Source: a virus (taxonomy: Duplodnaviria; Caudoviricetes). Taken from it: a stretch of 40,966 nt of DNA. Both the position numbers and the translations under genes were made by a program. The notes below the pieces were generated by a model. It had not been told where the DNA came from. It saw only the letters and a list, made by a program, of their open reading frames with translations, and did not search any database. The number at the start of each line of letters is the position of its first letter. Position 1 is the first letter of the stretch. Of this stretch, positions 10,201-16,945 are shown one piece after another. The stretch is from positions 1-40,966 of the IMG/VR virus record IMGVR_UViG_3300032320_000653, one strand, 5' to 3'.

Positions 10201-11781
10201 ATATCTTCCGCACTGATTCAGGTCGCGCAGCTACCGATTGTCGTGTACACCAATTTTGGTGGGAAGTACGGCTACGCCCAAACGGCTATTGAGATGACCA
10301 AGGCAATCGCTACCTTCTCATCCACAGGGTTTAGCCGTAAGGCAAGTACCACCGTGCCGCTGAATGGCTCGACGTTGAAAGAAGGCGAGAAAGGCGAGTC
10401 GATTACTATCCGTGGGTTGCCGTCCTTGGACAACGTGGACTTCGACAAGGTTCCAAAAGGTTCCCCGCTTAAATCGCTTGAAACACTAGCCCGAGTTGCA
10501 CGTAGCCAAAATGCTCTAGCGCGTTCTGGCTTGTATGATATTTTTGATGCGGGTCGCTCTGACGGAATAGTTGCACAGATGTCAGGTCTAGCCGGTCTGC
10601 CATTCCATATGATGGAGCGATTCAATCGACAGGTGTCGATGATCACCGCATACAACCTAGAGTTGAAGCGGCTCGATTCGGACAAGGCTACCGACGCCGA
10701 AAAGAAAATGTCTCAGCAGGAAAAGGAAGAGTTTGCAGCTAACCAAGCAATCTACCTGTCTGACTTGACCAACGGTGGCAACGGGCAAGAGACTGCATCA
10801 CTACTGTCCCGGCAAAGTGAGATCGGCCATGTCACGACAATGTACAAACGCTATGGCGCGTCCATGTACAGGTATTTGTTTAAGACGATGAAAACTGCAT
10901 ATGCGGATGCAGACCCACAAGAGCGTGCAATTGCCCAGAAACAGATCGTGGGTGTTGTCGGCATGTCTGCGTTGCTAGCCGGTGTGCAGGGTGTTCCGAT
11001 GTTTGACATCGCCGCTGCCGCTTACAACATGCTCAAAGATCCAGATGATGATGACTTTGAAACGGAAGTCCGCAAGGCTATCGGTGAGGCTTACTACAAG
11101 GGACTGCTTACTCACCTGACTGGTTCCGAGATCGGTTCGCGGATCGGCTTTAATGGGTTGCTGTATCGCGCTCCACGGTTTGCTCAGTGGTCCGATGATC
11201 CTATTAAAGCAGCGGTTGAGAGTCTGGGTGGTCCGGCCTTTGGTGTTGCCCAACGTATTTTTGATGGCGCTAAGAAAGTAGCGGAAGGGGAAGTCGAGCG
11301 TGGTATTGAGCAGATGCTGCCAACCTTCCTTTCTAACTTATTAAAAGCTAACCGCTACGCTACGGAAGGCTTTAAGACCCTGCGTGGTGACGAGGTATCC
11401 AAGCAAGCAAATGGGTACGAGGTCGCCATGCAGATGATCGGCTTCGCTCCGCAAAGTTATATGGAGCAGATTCAGCAAAACACCGCGCTTAAAGCCAAAG
11501 ACAAGTACGTCACAACGGAAAAGACAAGGTTGTTGCGGCAGCTATACGTAGCGATGCGCGAAAGTGATCAGCGTGAGTACGACGAGGTGATGGAGAAGTT
11601 ACTGAAACTCGGGGAGAAACATCCCGGCACTGTTACTGCTGACACAATCATCAGTTCGCTAAAGGCCAACGCCAAGACTTCGGCTGAGATGTTCCACGGT
11701 ATTACCTTAAGTAAGGCAATGCGTGCCGAGCTTATGGAAGATGCTTCGGAGTACAGCTTCTCTGATGACGAGCTAGATTAA
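4279..11781 (+). CDS. Giant internal virion / large polyvalent protein (zincin-like HExxH domain, PLxRFG-like C-terminal region)
   Basis: 2500 aa; Gly/Ala hydrophobic N-terminal helices, internal repeats, GYFDP...LLHEVTH...HEF (8566-8580) and YFPLVRKGKY (about 9604-9633); last gene of the + strand structural arm. Confidence 0.7.
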   Translation: MPIYSIQAPDGKTYDIEGPEGATRNQVIAAVQRQLRQQQPDRGMEEANRRYAEAQRRLAELSRPQVEPPKTTLFGAGKELIKGLVPGAVGLGESAATGLAALLPDEQERAVRSAVSGAAAPVKEFFKPAPGYEESVSRKFSEALGSTLPFLAAAPFTGGASLLGLGARAGIAGLGAAAGAGEARQMAEASGATKDERAIATLLGAPVGLLDMLLPELRYGKTMITRAAVSGGVEGATEAAQRIAQNAIAKYGYNPNQALLEGSGEEGAYGAGVGAVASLLMDAALGRKGKGAKPAAEEEEKKKPETLLLGNKPTPFTPVVFPDGSVATSPEDVAAYEKEHLKNKFSAAANQPAAPGIAGLLENKPFKPVVTPDGSVITTPEGVKAYEEEKYHARRQQEEEAKQQEEQAFRSKYAPVINQPGPAGLLENKPFTPIVYPDGSVATTPEQARQLDEGAYHQGRQQEEEAKQREEEAFRSKYAPVINQPPSGIAGLLEDKPATPFRPVVFPDGSVATTPEQLAQYEAQTKQREEEQFRQQYAPQPSDQALANQAEAQRLAAAGRGPRATGQPELPLQGGQVAQPRQAPPVLPKRTGSQGVLFPQTAAELARAKEIPARERQSLSFRINDALIKLTRNIPLSTEEIALLTQYGEEYNVSPEQLLTARVAGLEPAGARNAAPNTPVAPATGASTSVPSKPQANAAPAGTSAPASSAVATPATPAGPTGTGATAQPNPLSTDAETLAALKALVPADLHSKLDAANAETFAPPKAPKAPKVPKAPAATETAAPKPEAKKGTPEAEAKTEAKTEAPKVEKIETRRDAFTYGSPSNRTGTYTFVVLSDGSKHAIGRKTAQDGEMAGWHVLDGSLLEAIQNDPYDVSTWLGDNREAALKELPEEYQRRVLNRAKPETKTATAPKTPAAPAAPAATAPRPRTAKAQAKANLDAALSDLGDILGFTTAPATDTTTTPTGKGDLKKFDQAQKAKLIPTLVKLFDAALDMGMVTFKESVLHVKQAINARFGRDAVRAIFEQEGSQALIREAYDLHQEQRQERETAEAPEAEARQEIEEEETTGEEEAVSAWQELATPSARAFHDQISHAYRMYDAKEVGDETSQKADRAKVQGLLRKNRDNPQTNYFSKMQRLVDNLRNIAFDIAFPFGDRRAETKEGQIGEIIEVLGRYKRSVGETTPEANFFSGMGHDAAKKAAEWVYGNLSLPAQVKLQKMIAEYTAQNTAVGQAHFIQTILDRGRGRADNAKDEQKFQEGVLEAKKDEDIDEALAKVERSRDIRAAEARIKEENRKANELEQLREKVEREKKKRKTEDEVLDAIFGPAGAFIKKFSQDMSARLGLPLHPAVQGMLMDGNLKGALDHLAVNNGNVTGKIAGFLSRTTGTTKVEVTDNLVDEAGKAIPGYFDPETNTVHLDSVRGMNAHVLLHEVTHSALSHELDNPSSPHTRQITKLFNDLKPLLGDLYAAQDVHEFTSEAWSNMAFRQRLNSITVSGEKQTAWDRFTNKVGNWLRSKVGLETKPLEETALSAADRLIETIMSPSPETRNVGVLYKAAATGTGAKVVAKAFGDYGKFSTRRPGAARNAMQFYQSAKEGFFNGLYRFADLQTLVDVAKGKVPEAQKVLDTIRAKARYQDESIRALKPVVSKAANWAKGASAETYERFNKVVYGSTLSQVDPTNPRSTYEKSSDPKKAKNFDPEKLKEYDRIKPDYDALKDSGGQEIYKLMRNAYRELYKKIEDEIGNRIDDAVKDKDAAKKLKENIFKKLVDRGGLEPYFPLVRKGKYRLSYNADGEVYIEHFENKADRDAAIKELNEMGATEISPFLSISEKTYRKAPPSSFVNQILTTMEAQKVDPAVIESVIDLYLNTMPETSFARAFHARQGTLGFKQDAVAAMQEKVFSTSAQIANIKYSSILGKLDTELQESLKKKQTDEDAVYLGQQLRDHISESMNPTQLSTASRLAAGATYAYTLGFNISSALIQVAQLPIVVYTNFGGKYGYAQTAIEMTKAIATFSSTGFSRKASTTVPLNGSTLKEGEKGESITIRGLPSLDNVDFDKVPKGSPLKSLETLARVARSQNALARSGLYDIFDAGRSDGIVAQMSGLAGLPFHMMERFNRQVSMITAYNLELKRLDSDKATDAEKKMSQQEKEEFAANQAIYLSDLTNGGNGQETASLLSRQSEIGHVTTMYKRYGASMYRYLFKTMKTAYADADPQERAIAQKQIVGVVGMSALLAGVQGVPMFDIAAAAYNMLKDPDDDDFETEVRKAIGEAYYKGLLTHLTGSEIGSRIGFNGLLYRAPRFAQWSDDPIKAAVESLGGPAFGVAQRIFDGAKKVAEGEVERGIEQMLPTFLSNLLKANRYATEGFKTLRGDEVSKQANGYEVAMQMIGFAPQSYMEQIQQNTALKAKDKYVTTEKTRLLRQLYVAMRESDQREYDEVMEKLLKLGEKHPGTVTADTIISSLKANAKTSAEMFHGITLSKAMRAELMEDASEYSFSDDELD
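5197..5900 (+). repeat. Four imperfect ~50-67-aa repeats (LLENKPFxPVVxPDGSVATTPE...FRSKYAP) within the giant protein
   Basis: PDGSV(A/I)T(S/T)PE occurs four times in the translation with conserved flanks. Confidence 0.9.
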
Positions 11782-11785
11782 GGGC

Positions 11786-11823
11786 AAAAAAATCCCCCGA
11801 AGGCGTGGCCGCACAGTCGGGGG
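11786..11823 (-). terminator. Intrinsic terminator ending the minus-strand arm
   Basis: CCCCCGA (11794-11800) / TCGGGGG (11817-11823) stem, with A7 at 11786-11792 giving a U-tract on the - strand; lies between convergent arms. Confidence 0.75.
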
Positions 11824-11850
11824 TAATACCTTGGAGGAGACACACGAACA
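11786..11850 (-). ncRNA. Candidate ~65-nt small RNA with seed UCUCCUCCAAGGUA complementary to the shared early-gene leader ACCUUGGAG
   Basis: - strand reads ...GTGTGTCTCCTCCAAGGTATTA followed by the terminator hairpin; promoter-like elements upstream; no start codon follows the GGAGGAG on the + strand. Confidence 0.5.
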
Positions 11851-11856
11851 GGTTTC

Positions 11857-11885
11857 ACTGTATCACAGTTTTCTCCAGATGCGAA
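11857..11885 (-). promoter_or_regulatory. Putative sigma70 promoter for the candidate sRNA
   Basis: TTCGCA (11885-11880), 17 bp, TACAGT (11862-11857), preceded by extended -10 TGn. Confidence 0.45.
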
Positions 11886-12099
11886 GCCCTAAAATTTTGC
11901 CCTCGACCCGACGCCGCGTCTCTACTTCCCACTTCTTACGTTTGGCGATATCAAGGATCTGCTCCTTGAGCTTTAAGTGATTGATTGCTGGTACAAAAAT
12001 AGACGATCCAACAATAAACTTATCCCATTCGACCTTGATAACAAGGCCGTCTGGATCTAAATCGTCAAGCCAAAATCTACCCTGCGCCACTGCCGCCAT
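11863..12099 (-). CDS. Small hypothetical protein downstream of the primase
   Basis: 78 aa, overlaps the primase 3' end; basic C-terminus ending LGLRIWRKL. Confidence 0.65.
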   Translation of the reverse strand: MAAVAQGRFWLDDLDPDGLVIKVEWDKFIVGSSIFVPAINHLKLKEQILDIAKRKKWEVETRRRVEGKILGLRIWRKL

Positions 12100-14920
12100 C
12101 CATAAATGGGCAAAGTAAAGTCCACACGTCTGCGGCTGGCATGTTCATATGGGTGCCTCTACCCAGCCGAATCTTCTCCTTCTTGGCCTTAGTCCTACCA
12201 GACTTCAGTGCGTCTAGGATGTTAGAGTAGTCGATCTGCTGCTTCACGCACCACAGCTTGAACGGTTTAGGTAGTAAGTACAGCTTCTTAATATCGTATT
12301 CGTAACGGGCAACCAACGACATCCTTGGCGTGGCGTCAGGCAAGATCAAATGGTCCAATCCAGTTGACTGTTTACGTGCATCATCCGTGCTCTTGATGCG
12401 AAGGATGTTGTTGTAGTTCTCGGCCATGTAGTCAGACAGCAACTGTTCCGCGTTCAAGTCAAAATCAAAATTATTTTCCTTGGACTTGGCTAGTTCACCG
12501 AGGATGAACTGAGTCAGCGTCTTAACGTCATAGTTAATCAGCCCTGCCTTTCGGGCAATGACTACACCAGCAATAGTACAAGCACACATGGATGACCAGA
12601 ACCTCTCATCCGCTTGCAGGTTTGCCGCTTCATCAATCTTCTTGCGGACAAACGCCAGTACTTTTTTGCATTCCTCTACGTTGTTAAGCATGTACTGCAC
12701 AAAAACCGGCCCCGCATGACCAAAGTTATTCTGGATACCTGCGTAGAAATTATCCTGTTCTTCCTTGGTTAGATTCGCCAGATTGTCAGGTACACGTATC
12801 TCAATAATACGTAGGGCTTCGGCTTTTGGCAGCGACTTGTACAGTCCGATCCGTTGGATCATGCTTGTGTTGCCGGTGCTAGCAGCTAACAGCTTCCAAG
12901 GCTTACCGCGATACCGCTCTTTATTCCCACTAGAAGACATGCGGTTCTTTTGACTCCCGCTCGGCACAGCGTAAGCGTAAGTACTCAAGTCAGCCGGAGA
13001 TGTATTTGTCATCTCATCCAGAAGAAACGCTAGGTTCTTGTAGACCTCGGCCCGATTCATCTTGGAGTTAAAGGTATCTTTGTCATCCAAAACAACGCGC
13101 ATGGGGTCACCCCAAAGGGATGCTGCTAGGTACAAACCCGTACTCTTACCCTTGCCTGACTTGCCGGTGAAGTGGAATGTGCCCCCGTTATGTGCAGTCA
13201 ACTCCATGAGGAGTGAGCCGAATCCGACGCTGAACATGAACTGATGTAATACGTACTCGGGTCTATTCCAGACTTCTGCTAACTCCTTCCATTTCTCTAA
13301 CGTGCCTTGTGGCTCAAATAGTGGGGCTAGCCCTGCCGTCGATACAGATGGGGGGCTGATATCAACCCTGTCTGGGAATATTTCAATTGACCCGACAACG
13401 AAGGACTGTAAGGGATTCTCCTTATCTCCGACCCAACCGAACTGTCTTCTAGCTTCGTAAGCTACCGCTGTGTTTTGCAACTGATTTACCCATGAAGTTG
13501 TGTAGTGCATGAGGTGCTCCGGGTTAATGACGGCAACGCCGTTTAACGACATCACCTTTCTAAATTCATCACGTGATGTGACGGCTGTAAGTGCTACGGT
13601 AAAGTCTCGTACCCCATCTTTTGGTAGATGCAAGCGCATCATTACGGACTCACCGGCTTCTGGATCTCGTATCCTACGGACTACATATAAGTCATTGTGG
13701 TAGACCAAGATCTCTTTGGGGTCACCGTCCTTGTCTTTGTCTCTCCGGTAGATGCCACCGTTAGCCCCACGGAAATAGGGGAACGGGTATTTTGGAATAG
13801 AGTAACTTGCCGCCCTCTTTGTCTGTACTACGCCGCCGTCTTCATCTTCCTCGGCTTCTGCTTCTTCTGCTCCTTCTGCTTCTTCTGCTTCTTTAATCTC
13901 CCGACCAAGAACAATCGGTGACTTGATCTGCTTCCAGTGCTGACAGTCCTCGCATACACCCGGGTTGAGTGTGTTAAAAGTTTCGCAGGTGTAAGGACCG
14001 TGTATCTTGTCGGCTTTCTCTATCGTCTCTTCGGGACTGTATTGCGGATGCTTGTCTGATATCTTGTGGATAGCAATGTCCCGATCCATGCAATGTGCCG
14101 CGATTGACAAACCCGCCCTCCACAGCGGTTCCGGCGTCGTATCTTGCTCTGTCGCAACCTTCTTGATCTGAGCGCACCCCTTACCCTGACCGCTTTTTAT
14201 CAGGATAGTCTTAAATTTATGCTGATAGTTGCTTATTAAGTTTTGTGTAAGCGGGTCATATTCCGCTTTGGCTTTGGCGTTTCCTTCCGGTGTAGGTATA
14301 ACACCGATGATGTCCTTGAAGTCTTCAAACCGGATCGGGGCTGCAACTTCCCCGACTACCGTAACAACTCTAGGTGTGCCATTTTTGTAGTTATGCGTAC
14401 CCGGAGTGCGTAAGATCCGGGCCGAATCCGATGTGGAAGTTTGATCGCACTTCATCCCCTGCTTGTTAACTACCTGCTTGAACCGCTTCGCGGCGGCAAG
14501 CCATTCGTCAGCCGGGACTTGCTCAGTCAGTCTCCAGTAAATGTGTAAGCCATAACCAGAATTGACGATGGTTGGCTTAGGTAATGCAATCGCCTTACAA
14601 AAGGACTTGAGGGCAACTAACGCCTCGGCCTGTGTAGGGAAATCCTTCTTCGGTCCATCACCACAATCGATGTCTAGGTAAAACGATTTTAAATATTTTG
14701 CATTTTCTTGCTTCCGGTTCTTGTCAGTCTCAAACGTAGCTTGCGCGTGGTAGGCGTTGAAACCCTGCGCGTCCAGTCTGAATACTTCATCAACAGCATC
14801 ATCAAGATTGTCAAACAGCCGCTGGACTCGGGTTACGTTATCCTTCGGACCCTTCAACCCCACTGTGCAATAGAACCCGTCTGATCCTAAGACGGACTCT
14901 AGGAATTCCTTCGCTTGCAT
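12077..14920 (-). CDS. Primase-helicase: RepB-like AEP primase + Cys-rich domain + DUF927-type helicase
   Basis: AEP motifs LDID, SGYGLHIYW, RILRTPG; Cys cluster YTC...CEDCQH; Walker A GKSGKGKST and Walker B LLDE. Confidence 0.85.
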   Translation of the reverse strand: MQAKEFLESVLGSDGFYCTVGLKGPKDNVTRVQRLFDNLDDAVDEVFRLDAQGFNAYHAQATFETDKNRKQENAKYLKSFYLDIDCGDGPKKDFPTQAEALVALKSFCKAIALPKPTIVNSGYGLHIYWRLTEQVPADEWLAAAKRFKQVVNKQGMKCDQTSTSDSARILRTPGTHNYKNGTPRVVTVVGEVAAPIRFEDFKDIIGVIPTPEGNAKAKAEYDPLTQNLISNYQHKFKTILIKSGQGKGCAQIKKVATEQDTTPEPLWRAGLSIAAHCMDRDIAIHKISDKHPQYSPEETIEKADKIHGPYTCETFNTLNPGVCEDCQHWKQIKSPIVLGREIKEAEEAEGAEEAEAEEDEDGGVVQTKRAASYSIPKYPFPYFRGANGGIYRRDKDKDGDPKEILVYHNDLYVVRRIRDPEAGESVMMRLHLPKDGVRDFTVALTAVTSRDEFRKVMSLNGVAVINPEHLMHYTTSWVNQLQNTAVAYEARRQFGWVGDKENPLQSFVVGSIEIFPDRVDISPPSVSTAGLAPLFEPQGTLEKWKELAEVWNRPEYVLHQFMFSVGFGSLLMELTAHNGGTFHFTGKSGKGKSTGLYLAASLWGDPMRVVLDDKDTFNSKMNRAEVYKNLAFLLDEMTNTSPADLSTYAYAVPSGSQKNRMSSSGNKERYRGKPWKLLAASTGNTSMIQRIGLYKSLPKAEALRIIEIRVPDNLANLTKEEQDNFYAGIQNNFGHAGPVFVQYMLNNVEECKKVLAFVRKKIDEAANLQADERFWSSMCACTIAGVVIARKAGLINYDVKTLTQFILGELAKSKENNFDFDLNAEQLLSDYMAENYNNILRIKSTDDARKQSTGLDHLILPDATPRMSLVARYEYDIKKLYLLPKPFKLWCVKQQIDYSNILDALKSGRTKAKKEKIRLGRGTHMNMPAADVWTLLCPFMDGGSGAG

Positions 14921-14937
14921 CTTCGCCCCATACGAAG

Positions 14938-14974
14938 AAAAAAATAGCGGCTAGGGTACGCATACCCCAACCGC
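14938..14974 (-). terminator. Intrinsic terminator between the SSB-like gene and the primase
   Basis: - strand GCGGUUGGGGUA-UGCG-UACCCUAGCCGC (12 bp including 2 G.U pairs) followed by UAUUUUUUU. Confidence 0.8.
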
Positions 14975-14995
14975 CACCGCCTGAAGACTACGCGA

Positions 14996-15925
14996 TCAAT
15001 CGTCCCAATCGCCTACGATATCACTCATATCAATAGCTTCCGCTTGGGGGGCGGTGCTAGTCTTCTTGCTAACAACCTTCTTGGGTTCTTCAACCTCTTC
15101 GTCTTCCTCAACCTTTGGCTTGGCCTTTGTCTTGGGTTCCGGCTTAGTTTCCGGCTTAGGTTCAGCATTGTTGAACAACGAGGGAGTCGGCTCAGGAATG
15201 ACTTTATCCATCTGCGATACATTGAGCTTCAGGTACCGCTGAGTCTCAGGAGCGTCCCGCAACTCCAACGCAATATCTAACTCGGCATCATCCAATGGAC
15301 GCACCGGCTTGAATACCAGCTTAGGCGTAGGGCTGTTGCTATCAAAACGCATCTCGGTCACGATACCAATCGCCTTCTCACCGTGAGCTTTGAGATGACG
15401 GGCATACGCTTGCAACGGCATTTTGCCGCCATGCTCAGATGGGTCGCCAAAAATACTTGTTGGCGGAAGAGTCAACTGATAGACCTCACGATTCTCAATT
15501 GCACCTTCAAAGATAATAGCAATGCGCTGTTGGGGCTTACATGCTTTGCTTTCATTCTGACCCGAACCCTTGATTGCTTGGCGGCAATCCATACAACGAG
15601 CAGACTGCTTCTGATCATCCGGCACTGACTGATCTGGGACTTGCGAATCTGAAGACCAGCAAGTGGGCTTTACCGGCTTGCCTTTGACATACGCTTCGGC
15701 AAAGTACATCTTGGAAATAGGAGCGGCGTTAATAATAACTACGTTAGTAGCACGCTCCTCGTTGACCCGGACTTCCTTGCCGTTAATGACTTCACGGAAC
15801 AAGTTACCTTCAAGACTGATGCGTCGGTTGACGTTGCCAGCATTTACATTGTCAGTGATGGCATCCGCAACATCAGCGAGGCGGGCAGAGGAGCGGCGAT
15901 TTCCGAATAGGGATAGTTCGTTCAT
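14996..15925 (-). CDS. Putative single-stranded DNA-binding protein
   Basis: 309 aa, beta-rich core with CWS...CMDC...CK cysteines, Lys/Glu/Pro linker and acidic tail (DIVGDWDD); lies in the replication module; SD GAGG. Confidence 0.6.
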   Translation of the reverse strand: MNELSLFGNRRSSARLADVADAITDNVNAGNVNRRISLEGNLFREVINGKEVRVNEERATNVVIINAAPISKMYFAEAYVKGKPVKPTCWSSDSQVPDQSVPDDQKQSARCMDCRQAIKGSGQNESKACKPQQRIAIIFEGAIENREVYQLTLPPTSIFGDPSEHGGKMPLQAYARHLKAHGEKAIGIVTEMRFDSNSPTPKLVFKPVRPLDDAELDIALELRDAPETQRYLKLNVSQMDKVIPEPTPSLFNNAEPKPETKPEPKTKAKPKVEEDEEVEEPKKVVSKKTSTAPQAEAIDMSDIVGDWDD

Positions 15926-15932
15926 GGTTACC

Positions 15933-16226
15933 TCAAAGGTTTACGTCAACATTATCTTCAGCAAAAAAATCAAGTACAAGCTGTTCCATCTCAGGACTAA
16001 GCTCGGCCTTGGGCGGGGGCGGGGGCGGCAAGGGATCGGGTTCCGGTACTGACTTCTGTGGTTTGAAGTGGTTGATGATCGCGTCCTTGTCGAATCGGTA
16101 AGTATTGCCGATCTTAACGTATGTGTCACCCGGAATAAGTCCTGTCCGAACCCAACTCCTTACCGTCGTAACCGACACGGTGAGCGTCCGTGCTAGATCT
16201 TCGATTGGTACAAATCGCAACGTCAT
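15933..16226 (-). CDS. Excisionase/MerR-like helix-turn-helix protein
   Basis: IEDLARTLTVSVTTVRSWVRTGLIP...KIGNTYRF matches the Xis/HTH_17 pattern. Confidence 0.8.
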   Translation of the reverse strand: MTLRFVPIEDLARTLTVSVTTVRSWVRTGLIPGDTYVKIGNTYRFDKDAIINHFKPQKSVPEPDPLPPPPPPKAELSPEMEQLVLDFFAEDNVDVNL

Positions 16227-16630
16227 TGTTTGTTTCTCCTAACAGTGATTGAGTACTCGGTCATAGCGTTCAGCCCGGGCGGCAGAAGCTCCGGGTTCTC
16301 TTCTAAAAATTGCTTCAAGTTTCCTTGGTGTATCCGCTTCTCCAAAAGCTCAGGGCATTGGTGCTCGACGATGAACTTGCCCATTGACTCCCAGTCGTTA
16401 GTGAAGTAGGTCTTCTGCGTCGTGCGATAGAACATGCCCTCTGCCGTTTTCACGGACTCGACGTTATGGTCCTTGCAATGTTGCAGGAGAACTCGTTTCA
16501 CCTTGTCAGCTTGAGACTTGATCTTGTCGTCTGCCTCTCTGAAGTCTGCGGCTAGCTTCTCACGAGCCTCCTTCATCTTGAGGTAGATACGCACTAACTT
16601 CTCAGGCGTAAGATCAGTGGGTTGTGTCAT
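16223..16630 (-). CDS. Phage replication-module protein (coiled coil plus beta region; Gam/DUF7173-like)
   Basis: Start moved to ATG 16630 (SD GGAG/GAGG); LVRIYLKMK...SVKTAEG...DW...LLEKRI...PPGL pattern. Confidence 0.55.
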   Translation of the reverse strand: MTQPTDLTPEKLVRIYLKMKEAREKLAADFREADDKIKSQADKVKRVLLQHCKDHNVESVKTAEGMFYRTTQKTYFTNDWESMGKFIVEHQCPELLEKRIHQGNLKQFLEENPELLPPGLNAMTEYSITVRRNKQ

Positions 16631-16889
16631 TTGCCTCTCCATGCTTACATTTTGCTTGGTAGAGGGACGCCAAATTATTGACTAAAGGTTCAAGTGGAAT
16701 TTCGTGCCCCACAGCGGTTTCAACTGCACAAGCAAGAAGCGCGAATGTTTCTTCATACGGTCCATACTTGTTGCTCAACTTTTCTCGCAGCGTTTTTGAC
16801 GCAAATTGAAACGTATTTATAGCTACAAATACTCTGCTTGAGGAAGCAGCAAAGTCGTCGTTGGTGTCTTCAGATTCTTCGGGGTGCAT
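16614..16889 (-). CDS. Hypothetical protein
   Basis: 91-aa ORF with SD AAGGAG, directly downstream of a promoter. Confidence 0.6.
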   Translation of the reverse strand: MHPEESEDTNDDFAASSSRVFVAINTFQFASKTLREKLSNKYGPYEETFALLACAVETAVGHEIPLEPLVNNLASLYQAKCKHGEANDTTH

Positions 16890-16916
16890 GATAGCTCCTT
16901 GGTAAAAGGGAAGTGT

Positions 16917-16945
16917 AGTTTAACAGGGTTTGCGTTGCTACGCAA
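16917..16945 (-). promoter_or_regulatory. Putative sigma70 promoter for the downstream replication genes
   Basis: TTGCGT (16945-16940), 17 bp, TAAACT (16922-16917) with extended TGn; at the only intergenic gap in this part of the operon. Confidence 0.6.

Noticed and set aside
4279-11781. Giant protein as an N4-like virion RNA polymerase reading the hairpins as promoters
   Set aside because: I found no convincing T7-type or DxDGD polymerase motifs, and consensus sigma70 promoters already serve the early arm. An HHpred search would settle it.
15933-16226. Xis-like gene as evidence of a prophage or integrative element
   Set aside because: No integrase, att-like junction or host genes in the window; such HTH genes are common in phage replication modules.
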